Below are positions 37,040 through 45,918 of a stretch of DNA of 64,000 nucleotides, in pieces (positions within the stretch are counted from its first letter, which is position 1; every line of letters begins with the position of its first letter). The translations under genes and the position numbers were made by a program. The stretch comes from a virus (lineage: Duplodnaviria > Heunggongvirae > Uroviricota > Caudoviricetes): positions 26,827 to 90,826 of the IMG/VR virus record IMGVR_UViG_3300022719_000284; one strand, given 5' to 3'. The notes below the pieces were generated by a model, which saw nothing but the letters and a program-made list of their open reading frames with translations, made no database searches and was not told where the DNA came from.

Positions 37040-37956
37040 AATTTCTCTTGCTTTGTTCTTCAAACCCCATTGGGACTGCATTTGGGATGCAGCACGGCCT
37101 AAAACAAGGAGGGCACGTAGCTGATATGTTCTTTGCAGATAAGTGGAAAGCAAGAGAAATTATTTCAATGTCTGATAGATACGACAGTATAATTGTGTGT
37201 AAGGGTACCATGATTAGGAACTTAGATGAATACCAAATGGTATTTAGTAAAGTTGCAGATTCAACTTACTTCATCCCTGATGTGGTTAATAGGGGCAAAA
37301 GAGCAGATTCAGTAGGACCTAGAGGTATGATTTGTACTCGAATAGTATGCACTGGCACGGAAGCGGCCAAGTGGTATAGGGATAATGGCTATTCTGGTAG
37401 AATAGCACAAATATATCAAGGATACAGGCCACATATATGGCAGCCAGGAGAGGGTCCGGGAGGCACGCAAGATAGAGTATCTTTTTTGGGGTCTTTCTAC
37501 AAAGATGACGGAGGCAGAGAATTCAAGTTAAAATCACTCCAAAATAAAGGCTATAAGATCTTAGTACGGAATAATATTTTTCATAAAGAAGCAGCTAGTA
37601 TTTATTGGACTAGCGCTATAAATATAAATTTTTCTGCCTGGGATTGCACCTCTAACAGAGCTATTAGAGTGATGGCATCTGGGGGCTTTCTTTTAACAGA
37701 ATGGAACAGAGATATTGAAGCTACATTTGAACCCGGAAACCAATTGGACTGGTTTAAAACAGAGAAAGAAATGCAAGAAAAGGTTAAATTTTATATTAAT
37801 AATCCAGATGTAAGGAGAAAAATAGCGAAAAGAGGAAGAGATTGGGCTAAAGAAAGAGACTGGACATCGCAAATGAACAAAATTGTAAAATTCATCCAAG
37901 GGGAAGAAGATTTTTGTGATGGAGATGCTAGGGAGTATACTAGTGAAACATTATGA
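37036..37956 (+). CDS. CgeB-like GT-B glycosyltransferase (paralog 1)
   Basis: VSFLGS, INF...SNRAIRVMASGGFLLT, RRKIAKRG. Confidence 0.75.
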   Translation: MKFLLLCSSNPIGTAFGMQHGLKQGGHVADMFFADKWKAREIISMSDRYDSIIVCKGTMIRNLDEYQMVFSKVADSTYFIPDVVNRGKRADSVGPRGMICTRIVCTGTEAAKWYRDNGYSGRIAQIYQGYRPHIWQPGEGPGGTQDRVSFLGSFYKDDGGREFKLKSLQNKGYKILVRNNIFHKEAASIYWTSAININFSAWDCTSNRAIRVMASGGFLLTEWNRDIEATFEPGNQLDWFKTEKEMQEKVKFYINNPDVRRKIAKRGRDWAKERDWTSQMNKIVKFIQGEEDFCDGDAREYTSETL

Positions 37957-38536
37957 ACCAAGAAAATACTGGCCCGAAAGACTAAAAAAGCAGGGAAAAA
38001 ATTATGTTGCCTGGAGAAACGAGGCTAAAGCTTTTAGCAAGCAAGAAAGAGTATTCTGGAATGCTATACAACCATTGCTTCCATCAGGCGGACGTGTTTT
38101 GGATTTTGGGTGTGGGGTGGGTAGGTTTACAACTGTAATATCTTCAATAGTAGATCAATACGACGGAGTTGATCTGAATAAAGAAGCTCTAGAGTTTGCG
38201 CCTTCTGTAGATAATGCGACATTTACATACCTTCTAGAAGATAATTTGCCATTTGATGAAAATACTTTTGATGGGGCATTAGCTTTAACTGTTTTGCAAC
38301 ACATAGTAGATCCCCAATCATTTGAACTTTGGACGAATGAACTAGCTAGAGTAATAAAGCCGGGAGGGTTTTTTATAGGTATCGAAACTCCTTCTCTCAA
38401 GGTAAAGCCAGCTCCTCACATGAGGTGGAGAACTTCAAAAATTATTGCCGAAGCCCTAGGAGGGCGTGTAGAAACGGTTCACAATATTTCTGCTGAGTTT
38501 CAAAATTCCCATTATTGTTTTCTAGCTAGATTGTAA
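37916..38536 (+). CDS. Class I SAM-dependent methyltransferase
   Basis: VLDFGCGVG, GVDLN, LPFDENTFD, VLQHI, RVIKPGG. Confidence 0.88.
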   Translation: MMEMLGSILVKHYEPRKYWPERLKKQGKNYVAWRNEAKAFSKQERVFWNAIQPLLPSGGRVLDFGCGVGRFTTVISSIVDQYDGVDLNKEALEFAPSVDNATFTYLLEDNLPFDENTFDGALALTVLQHIVDPQSFELWTNELARVIKPGGFFIGIETPSLKVKPAPHMRWRTSKIIAEALGGRVETVHNISAEFQNSHYCFLARL

Positions 38537-38545
38537 GAAGTAATA

Positions 38546-39520
38546 ATGAAAATCGCTTGGCTTACGAAATTTAAAGGGATAGAGTCCACTAATGTTGGCA
38601 TGATAGCTGCTTTGGAAGAACTAGGTCACCAAGTAATGGTTACCAATTCTCAGAAGTATGCTACCAGGGGACACCATGAAGAGGCTTTAAGGTCGTTCTT
38701 AGAGGATTGCCAAAAAGCAGATGCATGCGTAGTTACCAAGGGGAATTGGATTCCTAAAAATAGATTTCAATGGTTAGCTAATCAAGTTGATTTAACTATG
38801 TTTATCCCGGACTCTATAAGTGTTGGGCCCCCTGGTAGAGATATCGAACACGGACATAGGGCTCTAATGTGTAATAGAGTTATACTTACTGGAACTGAAG
38901 GGGCTAGGTGGTTAAGAGAAAACGGATATAGAAATAGGATAGCTCAGATTTATCAAGGATATCGCCCCGACGTATGGAGAAGAAAAGAAAAGTACACTAC
39001 TAACACTCAGATCGTGTTTTTAGGAAGTGTGTACAAAGGGGATGGAAATAGAAGAGCAAAAATGAATGCCATAACTAGAGCTGGCTTTACAATGCATTAC
39101 CATCGTAGAACTTTTATGGAGAAGGCAGCTAAACTGTACTACAATACTCCTATATCAATTAATTTTAATTGTGGGGATATAACGTCAAATAGAGTTATGA
39201 GAATTATGGCATCTAGGGGATTCTGTTTATCACAATCCAATGCAGATATCAAACACTCTTTCAGCAATGGAACTGAACTGGCGTGGTGGGATGAACCAGA
39301 AGGGGACAGCATAAGCGAAAAAGCTATGCTAGATTCCATAAGGTATTGGCTAGATCATGAAAACGCTAGAAACCTAGTAGCAGAAACAGGATACGAGTGG
39401 GCTAAAAATAAGACTTGGGTGGACCAAATGGAAAAGCATATAAGATTCATCCAGGGAGAAATAGTACCTGCGGACGGGGCAGCTAGTCCTTATGTCGAAG
39501 ACCAGAATACTCCTAACTAG
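38546..39520 (+). CDS. CgeB-like GT-B glycosyltransferase (paralog 2)
   Basis: RIAQIYQGYRP shared with paralog 1, VFLGS, TSNRVMRIMASRGFCL. Confidence 0.75.
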   Translation: MKIAWLTKFKGIESTNVGMIAALEELGHQVMVTNSQKYATRGHHEEALRSFLEDCQKADACVVTKGNWIPKNRFQWLANQVDLTMFIPDSISVGPPGRDIEHGHRALMCNRVILTGTEGARWLRENGYRNRIAQIYQGYRPDVWRRKEKYTTNTQIVFLGSVYKGDGNRRAKMNAITRAGFTMHYHRRTFMEKAAKLYYNTPISINFNCGDITSNRVMRIMASRGFCLSQSNADIKHSFSNGTELAWWDEPEGDSISEKAMLDSIRYWLDHENARNLVAETGYEWAKNKTWVDQMEKHIRFIQGEIVPADGAASPYVEDQNTPN

Positions 39521-40292
39521 GCTAGGCGGAGCTGGCGATATGATAATGACGGAACCTGTACTACAGGCTCTTTATGATAAATATTATCCATGTCACATAA
39601 CTTATAGAACCCACAGACATTATTATGATTTACTTTTGTTTCATCCTTTGATAGATGAAATTTTATGTACTAGAACAGGATGCTGGACCCCCACACCTGA
39701 GGGGTATGATATCCATGTAAATTTACATGAAGTTATAGAGAAAGCACCTTTTGGGGTTCATGGAATTGACGCTTTTGCGTTAGCAGCCGGAGTAAAGCTA
39801 CCCAGAAGGATACCCAGATTGGCATTAGACGGCGTGAGTCGCCGCGTGAGGACAGAAGACGATAGGTACCCCGTGGTAACCCACCCTCCTGTAAAAATAC
39901 CCCCAAAAAGCGATATATCTTTTCACATTCCTCACGAAACGAGAAATCTATCTTGGAAAGATGGAATGGGTGTTTTGAAAAAGTTTATGGATTACTTTAA
40001 TTCTCGGGGGGAAAAACCTTCCATTAGACTGGTGGGACAAGACCCTATGGAGCCCGGAAAAAGTCATATGTTAAAAATGGCTTGGGAGATAAAACAATCA
40101 AAAATGTTTGTTGGGCCCGACAGTGGGGGGTTTCATATATCTGTTGCCTTAGACGTTCCCACCATAGTTTCTTTGACTTCGAAGTTTCCAGCTTCCATGA
40201 GAGGTTACTCTAAAGCAGTAGCTGTAGAAGATGATTTGAACCAAGTGTTCCCCACGGCATTGGCGCTATATAGAAAGATTAAAAATGGGTAG
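39492..40292 (+). CDS. GT9-family glycosyltransferase
   Basis: RLGGAGDMIMTEP, HPLIDE, FVGPDSGGFHISVAL. Confidence 0.8.
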   Translation: MSKTRILLTRLGGAGDMIMTEPVLQALYDKYYPCHITYRTHRHYYDLLLFHPLIDEILCTRTGCWTPTPEGYDIHVNLHEVIEKAPFGVHGIDAFALAAGVKLPRRIPRLALDGVSRRVRTEDDRYPVVTHPPVKIPPKSDISFHIPHETRNLSWKDGMGVLKKFMDYFNSRGEKPSIRLVGQDPMEPGKSHMLKMAWEIKQSKMFVGPDSGGFHISVALDVPTIVSLTSKFPASMRGYSKAVAVEDDLNQVFPTALALYRKIKNG

Positions 40293-41226
40293 AGTTATAC
40301 GACCTTCTCCAGGGAATCCAGTGCAACCCCCTTCATCTAATAAGGCTACTATCCCTACGTCCGGAATACCTCCATTTGATGCTGAAGAATATTTCAAAAA
40401 TTATGATCACGAGGCTGTTTGGGATCTATCTTCTCGTACTATGATTACTCCGGCTTGTTACAACAGAAAAGAGACAGTTAAGCATTGTGTTGGCGCGACA
40501 AACAGATACAAATTGGGGGCAAAAGTATACATCCATGATGACGGTTCAGACGAATATGATGTAGAATGGTTAAGCCAATTCGGAGATAGGGTTTTTAGGC
40601 ATCCCCGCAGTGAAGGTGGAAGGAAAGGTGTAAAGAACATTCGATCTAATATCACCAAAAGTGTTTTAGGGGAATTTGAACCGGATATATTTCTAGAATG
40701 GATAAAGCAGGATTATGGGACAGACGGCCCCGAATACCTGTACCACGTAGATAGTGATGGGTACCACGATCCGCACTTCTTCTACAGGATTCACGAAATA
40801 ATGAATCTATATCCAAACTGGGGAGTAATTTGTCTGTACAATGCTAAATTCCACTCCCCTAGAAGGAACAAATCAGAAAATAATGTCATAAATTACCATA
40901 CAGTGGTAAGAGGGATGTCCGCTGGCATATCTATGTTTTTTCGAGTAGAAAGTTTTAGAAAAAATCCAAAGTATGTTCAGGTCCCTGATGGAAGAGGGTG
41001 GGATGGGTTTTACTCTCAGACCATAGGAAATCGTAGAGTTGTTACATCTTTGGTCAGCTATGTTGAACATTTTGGTAAGTGGGGATTCCATAACAAAGGT
41101 AGTTTTGATAGAGACAGAGCTTTAAATCCTACTTCTTACTTGGCTAGCATTCGGGGTGATGTTATTCGCGATATTGAAGAACAATTTCATTTAACTCAAA
41201 ATGAGTCCAAGGTTTTGGAAAAATAG
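40285..41226 (+). CDS. GT2/GT-A glycosyltransferase with Pro-rich N-terminus
   Basis: IHDDGSD, YHVDSDG (DxD), WD, SYVEHFG. Confidence 0.75.
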   Translation: MGRVIRPSPGNPVQPPSSNKATIPTSGIPPFDAEEYFKNYDHEAVWDLSSRTMITPACYNRKETVKHCVGATNRYKLGAKVYIHDDGSDEYDVEWLSQFGDRVFRHPRSEGGRKGVKNIRSNITKSVLGEFEPDIFLEWIKQDYGTDGPEYLYHVDSDGYHDPHFFYRIHEIMNLYPNWGVICLYNAKFHSPRRNKSENNVINYHTVVRGMSAGISMFFRVESFRKNPKYVQVPDGRGWDGFYSQTIGNRRVVTSLVSYVEHFGKWGFHNKGSFDRDRALNPTSYLASIRGDVIRDIEEQFHLTQNESKVLEK

Positions 41227-41234
41227 GAAAACAG

Positions 41235-41525
41235 ATGTCTATAGAGATAAAATATGTAGTGCAATATCGTAGGGAAGGTGCTAAAAAGTGGATAGATTCC
41301 CACATCGAGGCTTTCCCCTTGAGACCAAGTAAAGCTTTGATAAATGATAAATGATGAATTCATGGAAACCGCTAGAGATCTAGTACACTACTCTTGGAAG
41401 GATGATATTCCACATCTTAGGGGGATTTTGAGGTAAGGGTGGTGAGAAGGGAGCTAATAAAGAAGGAGATCCCCCTCAAAGGGATTAAACGGTTCAAGAA
41501 CAAAGATATAATTGCAGGCATATAA
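41235..41525 (+). pseudogene. Disrupted ORF (7-bp duplication and 1-bp deletion)
   Basis: GATAAAT x2 at 41339-41352 creates TGA; repairing both lesions gives a continuous ~95-aa reading MSIEIKYVVQYRREG...HLRGI(F/L)EVRVVRRELIKKEIPL... Confidence 0.5.
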
Positions 41526-41626
41526 TTGAAAGAACTACATCAAGAGGACAAACGGGAGCATACCAAAGGCCCTGGAAGCCCTGTGGAGCGAGGATTGGAA
41601 AATATACCCCGTCTCGGACTTTAGAA

Positions 41627-41739
41627 TGGCGGCGAGGGTTGGATTCGAACCCACGAGGATGAAGGTGCTGGTTTGACCGCCCTCCCCTTCTCCTACCGGC
41701 TTCTAAGGCCGGCGCAATAAGCCTCTCTGATACTCTAAA
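41627..41739 (-). tRNA. Aberrant or pseudo tRNA, anticodon UAG (Leu), Ser-like body, 41-nt variable arm, broken 5' acceptor strand
   Basis: Encoded CCA, G73, T-loop TTCGAAT, anticodon arm CCGGC-CTTAGAA-GCCGG, D-region CAGAGAGGCTTATTGCG; the 5' strand TTTAGAG does not pair with CCTCGCC. Confidence 0.7.
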
Positions 41740-41765
41740 AGAAATTAGAGGAAGAGTATTCGCAT

Positions 41766-42251
41766 ATGATTGAAAAAATTATCTCAGGAGGGCAAACAGG
41801 GGCAGATCAAGGGGGCTTGGAAGCCGCTGTAGTATTGGGGATTGAAACAGGAGGAAAGGTTCCCAGAGGGTTTAAAACTGAAAAAGGGCCTCAACCAGAG
41901 TTGAGTAATTTATATGGTCTAGAGGAATTATCTTCAGATGAGTACCCTCCTAGAACACGGTACAATATTTTAGATTCTGACGGAACGGTTATATTCGGGC
42001 TTGTTAGTTCAGTAGGCTCTCGTATGACTCGGGAAATGTGCAAACAAAATGGAAAACCTTGGTTAGTAATAGAATCGTTTGACGAGACTTATTTTCGTCT
42101 TTTTGGAGAATGGGTCTTGATAAACCAAATCAAAGTGCTAAATGTAGCCGGTAATCGGGAATCTAAGTCTCCCGGTATTCAAAACAAGGTACGAAACTTT
42201 TTAATAGAAGTAATAGGAGATGATGAAAGTGAAGTCGTTAAAAGATATTGA
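41766..42251 (+). CDS. SLOG-superfamily protein (putative molybdenum carrier / YpsA-like)
   Basis: KIISGGQTGADQGGL, YPPRTRYNILDSDGT, LNVAGNRES. Confidence 0.85.
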   Translation: MIEKIISGGQTGADQGGLEAAVVLGIETGGKVPRGFKTEKGPQPELSNLYGLEELSSDEYPPRTRYNILDSDGTVIFGLVSSVGSRMTREMCKQNGKPWLVIESFDETYFRLFGEWVLINQIKVLNVAGNRESKSPGIQNKVRNFLIEVIGDDESEVVKRY

Positions 42252-42501
42252 GAATGATGTTCATGAGTTTCTTATTAATTTAGCCAATGTCAGGAGAGTC
42301 GATGTGAAATCGTCTGTAGATTCTGACAACAAAAATAAAGTAGTAGCTACTACGTTTATACTTTCGGACACTAAAGAGAATAGACACAGGGTTTATTTGA
42401 CTGAACAGATACTTATGGAACGACATAAGAATGTCCTTTTTGACTTTTCCATCTCCACACTAAAGGAAGGGCATGAGCAGAGGTCCGTGGAATCGCCGTA
42501 A
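42220..42501 (+). CDS. Hypothetical protein
   Basis: 93 aa, overlaps both neighbours. Confidence 0.55.
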   Translation: MMKVKSLKDIENDVHEFLINLANVRRVDVKSSVDSDNKNKVVATTFILSDTKENRHRVYLTEQILMERHKNVLFDFSISTLKEGHEQRSVESP

Positions 42502-43105
42502 ACCGAGAGAATACTATACAGCCTCAAAATGGAATAGGGTACAATGGGCTTGCGGTATTCCCCAGAGATTTTGGGGAATTAAGCAGGATTCTGTTGTTCC
42601 TTCCTCATTTCAATATGAAAATAAAGATGGATCCATTCAAAGGATAGCCTCCTCTACACAACAGGAATATCTAAATGCTCGAATAGAGCACCCTGAGCTA
42701 TTAACTGAAAATAGGCTTATATGTATAACTTCGTACCCATCTGACGAGCATGGACTAGCTGCGGCATGTTTACTAGCGAGTAAACTAGTTGAAAAGCAAT
42801 GGGCAGCTAACAAAGCTCCAAAAGTCAGGATAGACGATATTCAGGATTACGAACAAGCTAGAAAGTTACAGGTTCCGTTCTTTTCAGTAGAACCTGACAT
42901 GTTATTGATTCATAATTTGAATGATAACACATCCAGAGAACGCCTCTCATTAGTGAGGGATATTCTTCTGTCCTTCGAGGGGACTTACCGTGGGGTAGTT
43001 GCTGCGGCAGATAACCCACTCAAATTCGCCAGAGAAACATTGCGAATTGAGCCACATGAGTCCTACCATTTCGAAGGACGACCCAGGAAAATTATTGTTA
43101 AATGA
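42473..43105 (+). CDS. DnaC/IstB-like helicase-loader homolog with degenerate Walker A
   Basis: CGIPQRFW, LAAACLLASKL, PDMLLIHNL, position directly upstream of dnaB. Confidence 0.5.
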   Translation: MSRGPWNRRKPREYYTASKWNRVQWACGIPQRFWGIKQDSVVPSSFQYENKDGSIQRIASSTQQEYLNARIEHPELLTENRLICITSYPSDEHGLAAACLLASKLVEKQWAANKAPKVRIDDIQDYEQARKLQVPFFSVEPDMLLIHNLNDNTSRERLSLVRDILLSFEGTYRGVVAAADNPLKFARETLRIEPHESYHFEGRPRKIIVK

Positions 43106-44475
43106 AACTTAGGGACCTAGCAAACGAAATAACCTCTGTTATGACGTTGCTTAGCAAGCACCAAGAGCCTGCCGCGCTTTTGGCTACGTCACTTACAGAT
43201 GATCATTTTGCAGATCCTAGAACTAGGGAGGTATATTCTCTTGTTTTAGCTCTCGCTAGACGCCGTAAGAAGATGCCTAGCTACAAGTTAGTTAGGCAGG
43301 ATCCTAGGCTTAGCGACGAAGCAAAGGAGTTATTAGATGATAGATCATATCCTCCTTGTCGATCGTTGGGAGATGCTGAGCAAGTAATTGAGGTTCTTGA
43401 AAAGCTCCGTCAAGGGCGTGTCATTCTTGACATGTTTGATAAGACGATGGAGAAGATGCAAGCTGATACAGCAGACCCCGAAGAAGCTTTTTCTATAATA
43501 GAAACAGGAATGCTGGCAGCACGTTCGTTTGATACGGATGAATGCTTAAAAATCGCTAAAAATGGAAATCTCGATGAAGCTGTCGAGGCGATGCTTAGCA
43601 GAGAGAAGCCTAATACAATCCCTACAGGGTTTAGAGATTTTGATTCAGAAGCTGGTGGTCTTCCCCGAGGAGGTTTAACTACTATTGCAGCAAGCTCTGG
43701 GGGAGGTAAATCATGCATGGCACTGCAAATAGCTGTTAACAATTTTTGGGAAAAGAACAGTGTTGCTATAGTTACCTTGGAAATGGGTAAGGATCAAATG
43801 ACTGGTCGGTTAATGTCCAACCAATCAGGAGTCTCGTATAAAGACATAAATTTATCCAATTTGAATGATATGCAAAAGCAGCGAATTAGAAAAGCTAAAG
43901 ATAGAATGCTTAAGCATACTGATAAGACTGGTGCAAGACTGGATATATTTTCTATGACTGACACTACCTTGAGTGAGATTGCTTTGCAAATTAGGGCATT
44001 CAATTATGACTTAATAATAATTGATTACATAAATCTCCTTAACAAAGATGACTCAAGTCAAAAAAGTGAAGCTTCTATATTAGGCGAAATGGCAAGAATA
44101 GCCAAAGTTCAAGCTTCTGCCAGCAATGCTGCATGGGTAATTCTTGCCCAGCTTAATGAGCAAGGAATAGTTAAATACTCTAGAGCTATTAAAGAACATT
44201 CAGATTACATGTTAACGTGGACTTATGGGGACTCCGAACGAGAGAGTCACCTAATAGAAATAGATCAACAAAAAAGTAGAAATAGTGAGGCTTTTAAGTT
44301 CAACCTACGGGAAAATTTTCGAGTTCAAAGATTTGAAGATGCTGGGGGTGGAGATAATAACGTAGATGCTTCCATACAAAAAAGTAAAAAGAAAAGAAAA
44401 TATGAAAAACACCCTACAGCATCACCTATGCCTGGAATGAACTTAGAAGAAGAAGGAGATAGCGATGAGCTTTGA
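43102..44475 (+). CDS. dnaB: Replicative DNA helicase DnaB
   Basis: IPTGFRDFD, AASSGGGKS, TLEM, IIIDYINLL, LAQLNE, IKEHSD, KSRN. Confidence 0.92.
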   Translation: MKLRDLANEITSVMTLLSKHQEPAALLATSLTDDHFADPRTREVYSLVLALARRRKKMPSYKLVRQDPRLSDEAKELLDDRSYPPCRSLGDAEQVIEVLEKLRQGRVILDMFDKTMEKMQADTADPEEAFSIIETGMLAARSFDTDECLKIAKNGNLDEAVEAMLSREKPNTIPTGFRDFDSEAGGLPRGGLTTIAASSGGGKSCMALQIAVNNFWEKNSVAIVTLEMGKDQMTGRLMSNQSGVSYKDINLSNLNDMQKQRIRKAKDRMLKHTDKTGARLDIFSMTDTTLSEIALQIRAFNYDLIIIDYINLLNKDDSSQKSEASILGEMARIAKVQASASNAAWVILAQLNEQGIVKYSRAIKEHSDYMLTWTYGDSERESHLIEIDQQKSRNSEAFKFNLRENFRVQRFEDAGGGDNNVDASIQKSKKKRKYEKHPTASPMPGMNLEEEGDSDEL

Positions 44476-44614
44476 GGATCTACAAAACAAAAAGGCAGAT
44501 GAGTTAACAGACAAAATTATACAAATCATAGGGGAAATGTGGCTAGAAAAACAAGTAGGCATAGTTGACCCATTTAAAGTATATTCGGACAAACCTAGGG
44601 AAAGATTAAATTAG
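44465..44614 (+). CDS. Small hypothetical protein (49 aa, not in the ORF track)
   Basis: GGAG RBS, MSFEDLQNKKADELTDKII...; overlaps the dnaB stop. Confidence 0.45.
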   Translation: MSFEDLQNKKADELTDKIIQIIGEMWLEKQVGIVDPFKVYSDKPRERLN

Positions 44615-44647
44615 TTATCTTAAATTGGTTAACTGAGGAGTAACTAA

Positions 44648-44962
44648 ATGGCAGACATAAATAGAGCTGAAGATTATTTTCGTAGATCTAGAGATAGAGG
44701 GGGAGATACAAAATTATTAGCTAGGGGTCTGTTGCACTTACTGAAACATCTTGAGATGGATGGAGGAAGAGATTTCAATAGGGCTCAAGATCTTCTTGAC
44801 AGGGCTTGGAAAAAATCCGGAAGCGAGAGAATTATAGCAGATGCTATGTTTCTTGTTTCCAGAGAATTAAAAAAGGATTTTAAACAGAACAAGAAAAAGA
44901 TTACTTCCAAAGTAAATCGTAATGAATATGGGTTAATAGTTGGAGAGGAGCTGGAAGACTAA
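44648..44962 (+). CDS. Hypothetical protein with internal two-unit helical repeat
   Basis: DINRAEDYFRR / DFNRAQDLLDR; GAGGAG RBS. Confidence 0.65.
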   Translation: MADINRAEDYFRRSRDRGGDTKLLARGLLHLLKHLEMDGGRDFNRAQDLLDRAWKKSGSERIIADAMFLVSRELKKDFKQNKKKITSKVNRNEYGLIVGEELED

Positions 44963-45918
44963 TGAAAATTAAGGCAGCATTTGGGACACCTAAGAGGTTC
45001 AATGAGATTGGTAAATCGCAAACTGTTCTTGTGTATGATTCGTTGAATTTGTTCTTTTCTTGTGTTTTAAGTAAAGCCTATGGGTCATTTGCAACTAGTT
45101 CTGGAAAGCCATCTGCTCATATTTATGGAACCTTCAGTAGAATTCGTGGTCATATAAAAAAGCTTACCAAGCCGGGTCAAAGAGTTGCTCTGGTATTCGC
45201 TTGGGACAATGAACCCAAGAGAGCTATGGAAATACTTCCATCCTACAAAATGAATAGGGATGAGACTCAACAACTAGAGGAAGATGACCTAAATTGGAGA
45301 CTTAGTGAGTACAGAAAATTTCTATCAACATTCCCCTGTACATTTGTTGATTCCCACTATGAAGAAGCTGACGATGTAATAGCCACGTTAGTAAGTCAAT
45401 ACCAAAAGAAAAGGTGCTATATCCTTTCTTCCGATAAGGACTTATGGCAACTTTTAACTAAGCCAAACGTAAGAATCATAAGCTTACGTAAATCAGAACC
45501 GGTAACAGAAGCAGATCTGCTTAAAAAATATGATATTAGGTCAAGAAAAGAAGCTTATAAGGTAGATTTGTACAAAGCTGTAATGGGGGATTCTAGTGAT
45601 AACATACCCAAAGTACCTAGGATTCCAACAAAAGATTTTCATGAAGCTATGCAAGGTCTTAAGTACACCAGAGAAGACGACTGTATAGAACTGCTCCTGA
45701 AAAGAACTTCTAAATTAGAAAAGCCTCGGTGCCACAAGCTTATTTCTGAAAACTTAGATGTTGTGAAAAGAAATTTACTATTAACTAGACTAAAGGAAGA
45801 TTTGGATCTTAGATTGGAATACCACCCCGGCAATAAAGCCAATCTAGAAGAGTTTTTAGCTACTTACGAATGCAATAGCATCTTGCACGGAAATGGATAT
45901 GATTTCCTCTTCAGTTAA
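44962..45918 (+). CDS. 5'-3' exonuclease / flap endonuclease (PolA N-terminal, T4 RNase H-like)
   Basis: YDSLNL, YKMNR, EEADDVIATL, SSDKDLWQL, GDSSDNIP. Confidence 0.9.
   Translation: MKIKAAFGTPKRFNEIGKSQTVLVYDSLNLFFSCVLSKAYGSFATSSGKPSAHIYGTFSRIRGHIKKLTKPGQRVALVFAWDNEPKRAMEILPSYKMNRDETQQLEEDDLNWRLSEYRKFLSTFPCTFVDSHYEEADDVIATLVSQYQKKRCYILSSDKDLWQLLTKPNVRIISLRKSEPVTEADLLKKYDIRSRKEAYKVDLYKAVMGDSSDNIPKVPRIPTKDFHEAMQGLKYTREDDCIELLLKRTSKLEKPRCHKLISENLDVVKRNLLLTRLKEDLDLRLEYHPGNKANLEEFLATYECNSILHGNGYDFLFS

Noticed and set aside
41701-41707. Amber or ochre suppressor tRNA
   Set aside because: The 7-nt loop places TAG, not CTA or TTA, at positions 34-36.
41584-41739. attP site of a temperate element
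   Set aside because: No integrase or repressor in the window, and the retained part includes the D-arm, more than a typical att core; kept only as a minor alternative.
31602-42251. CBASS or Thoeris defence system (patatin, SLOG)
   Set aside because: No cyclase, TIR or SIR2 partner; the genes are far apart in a phage core context.
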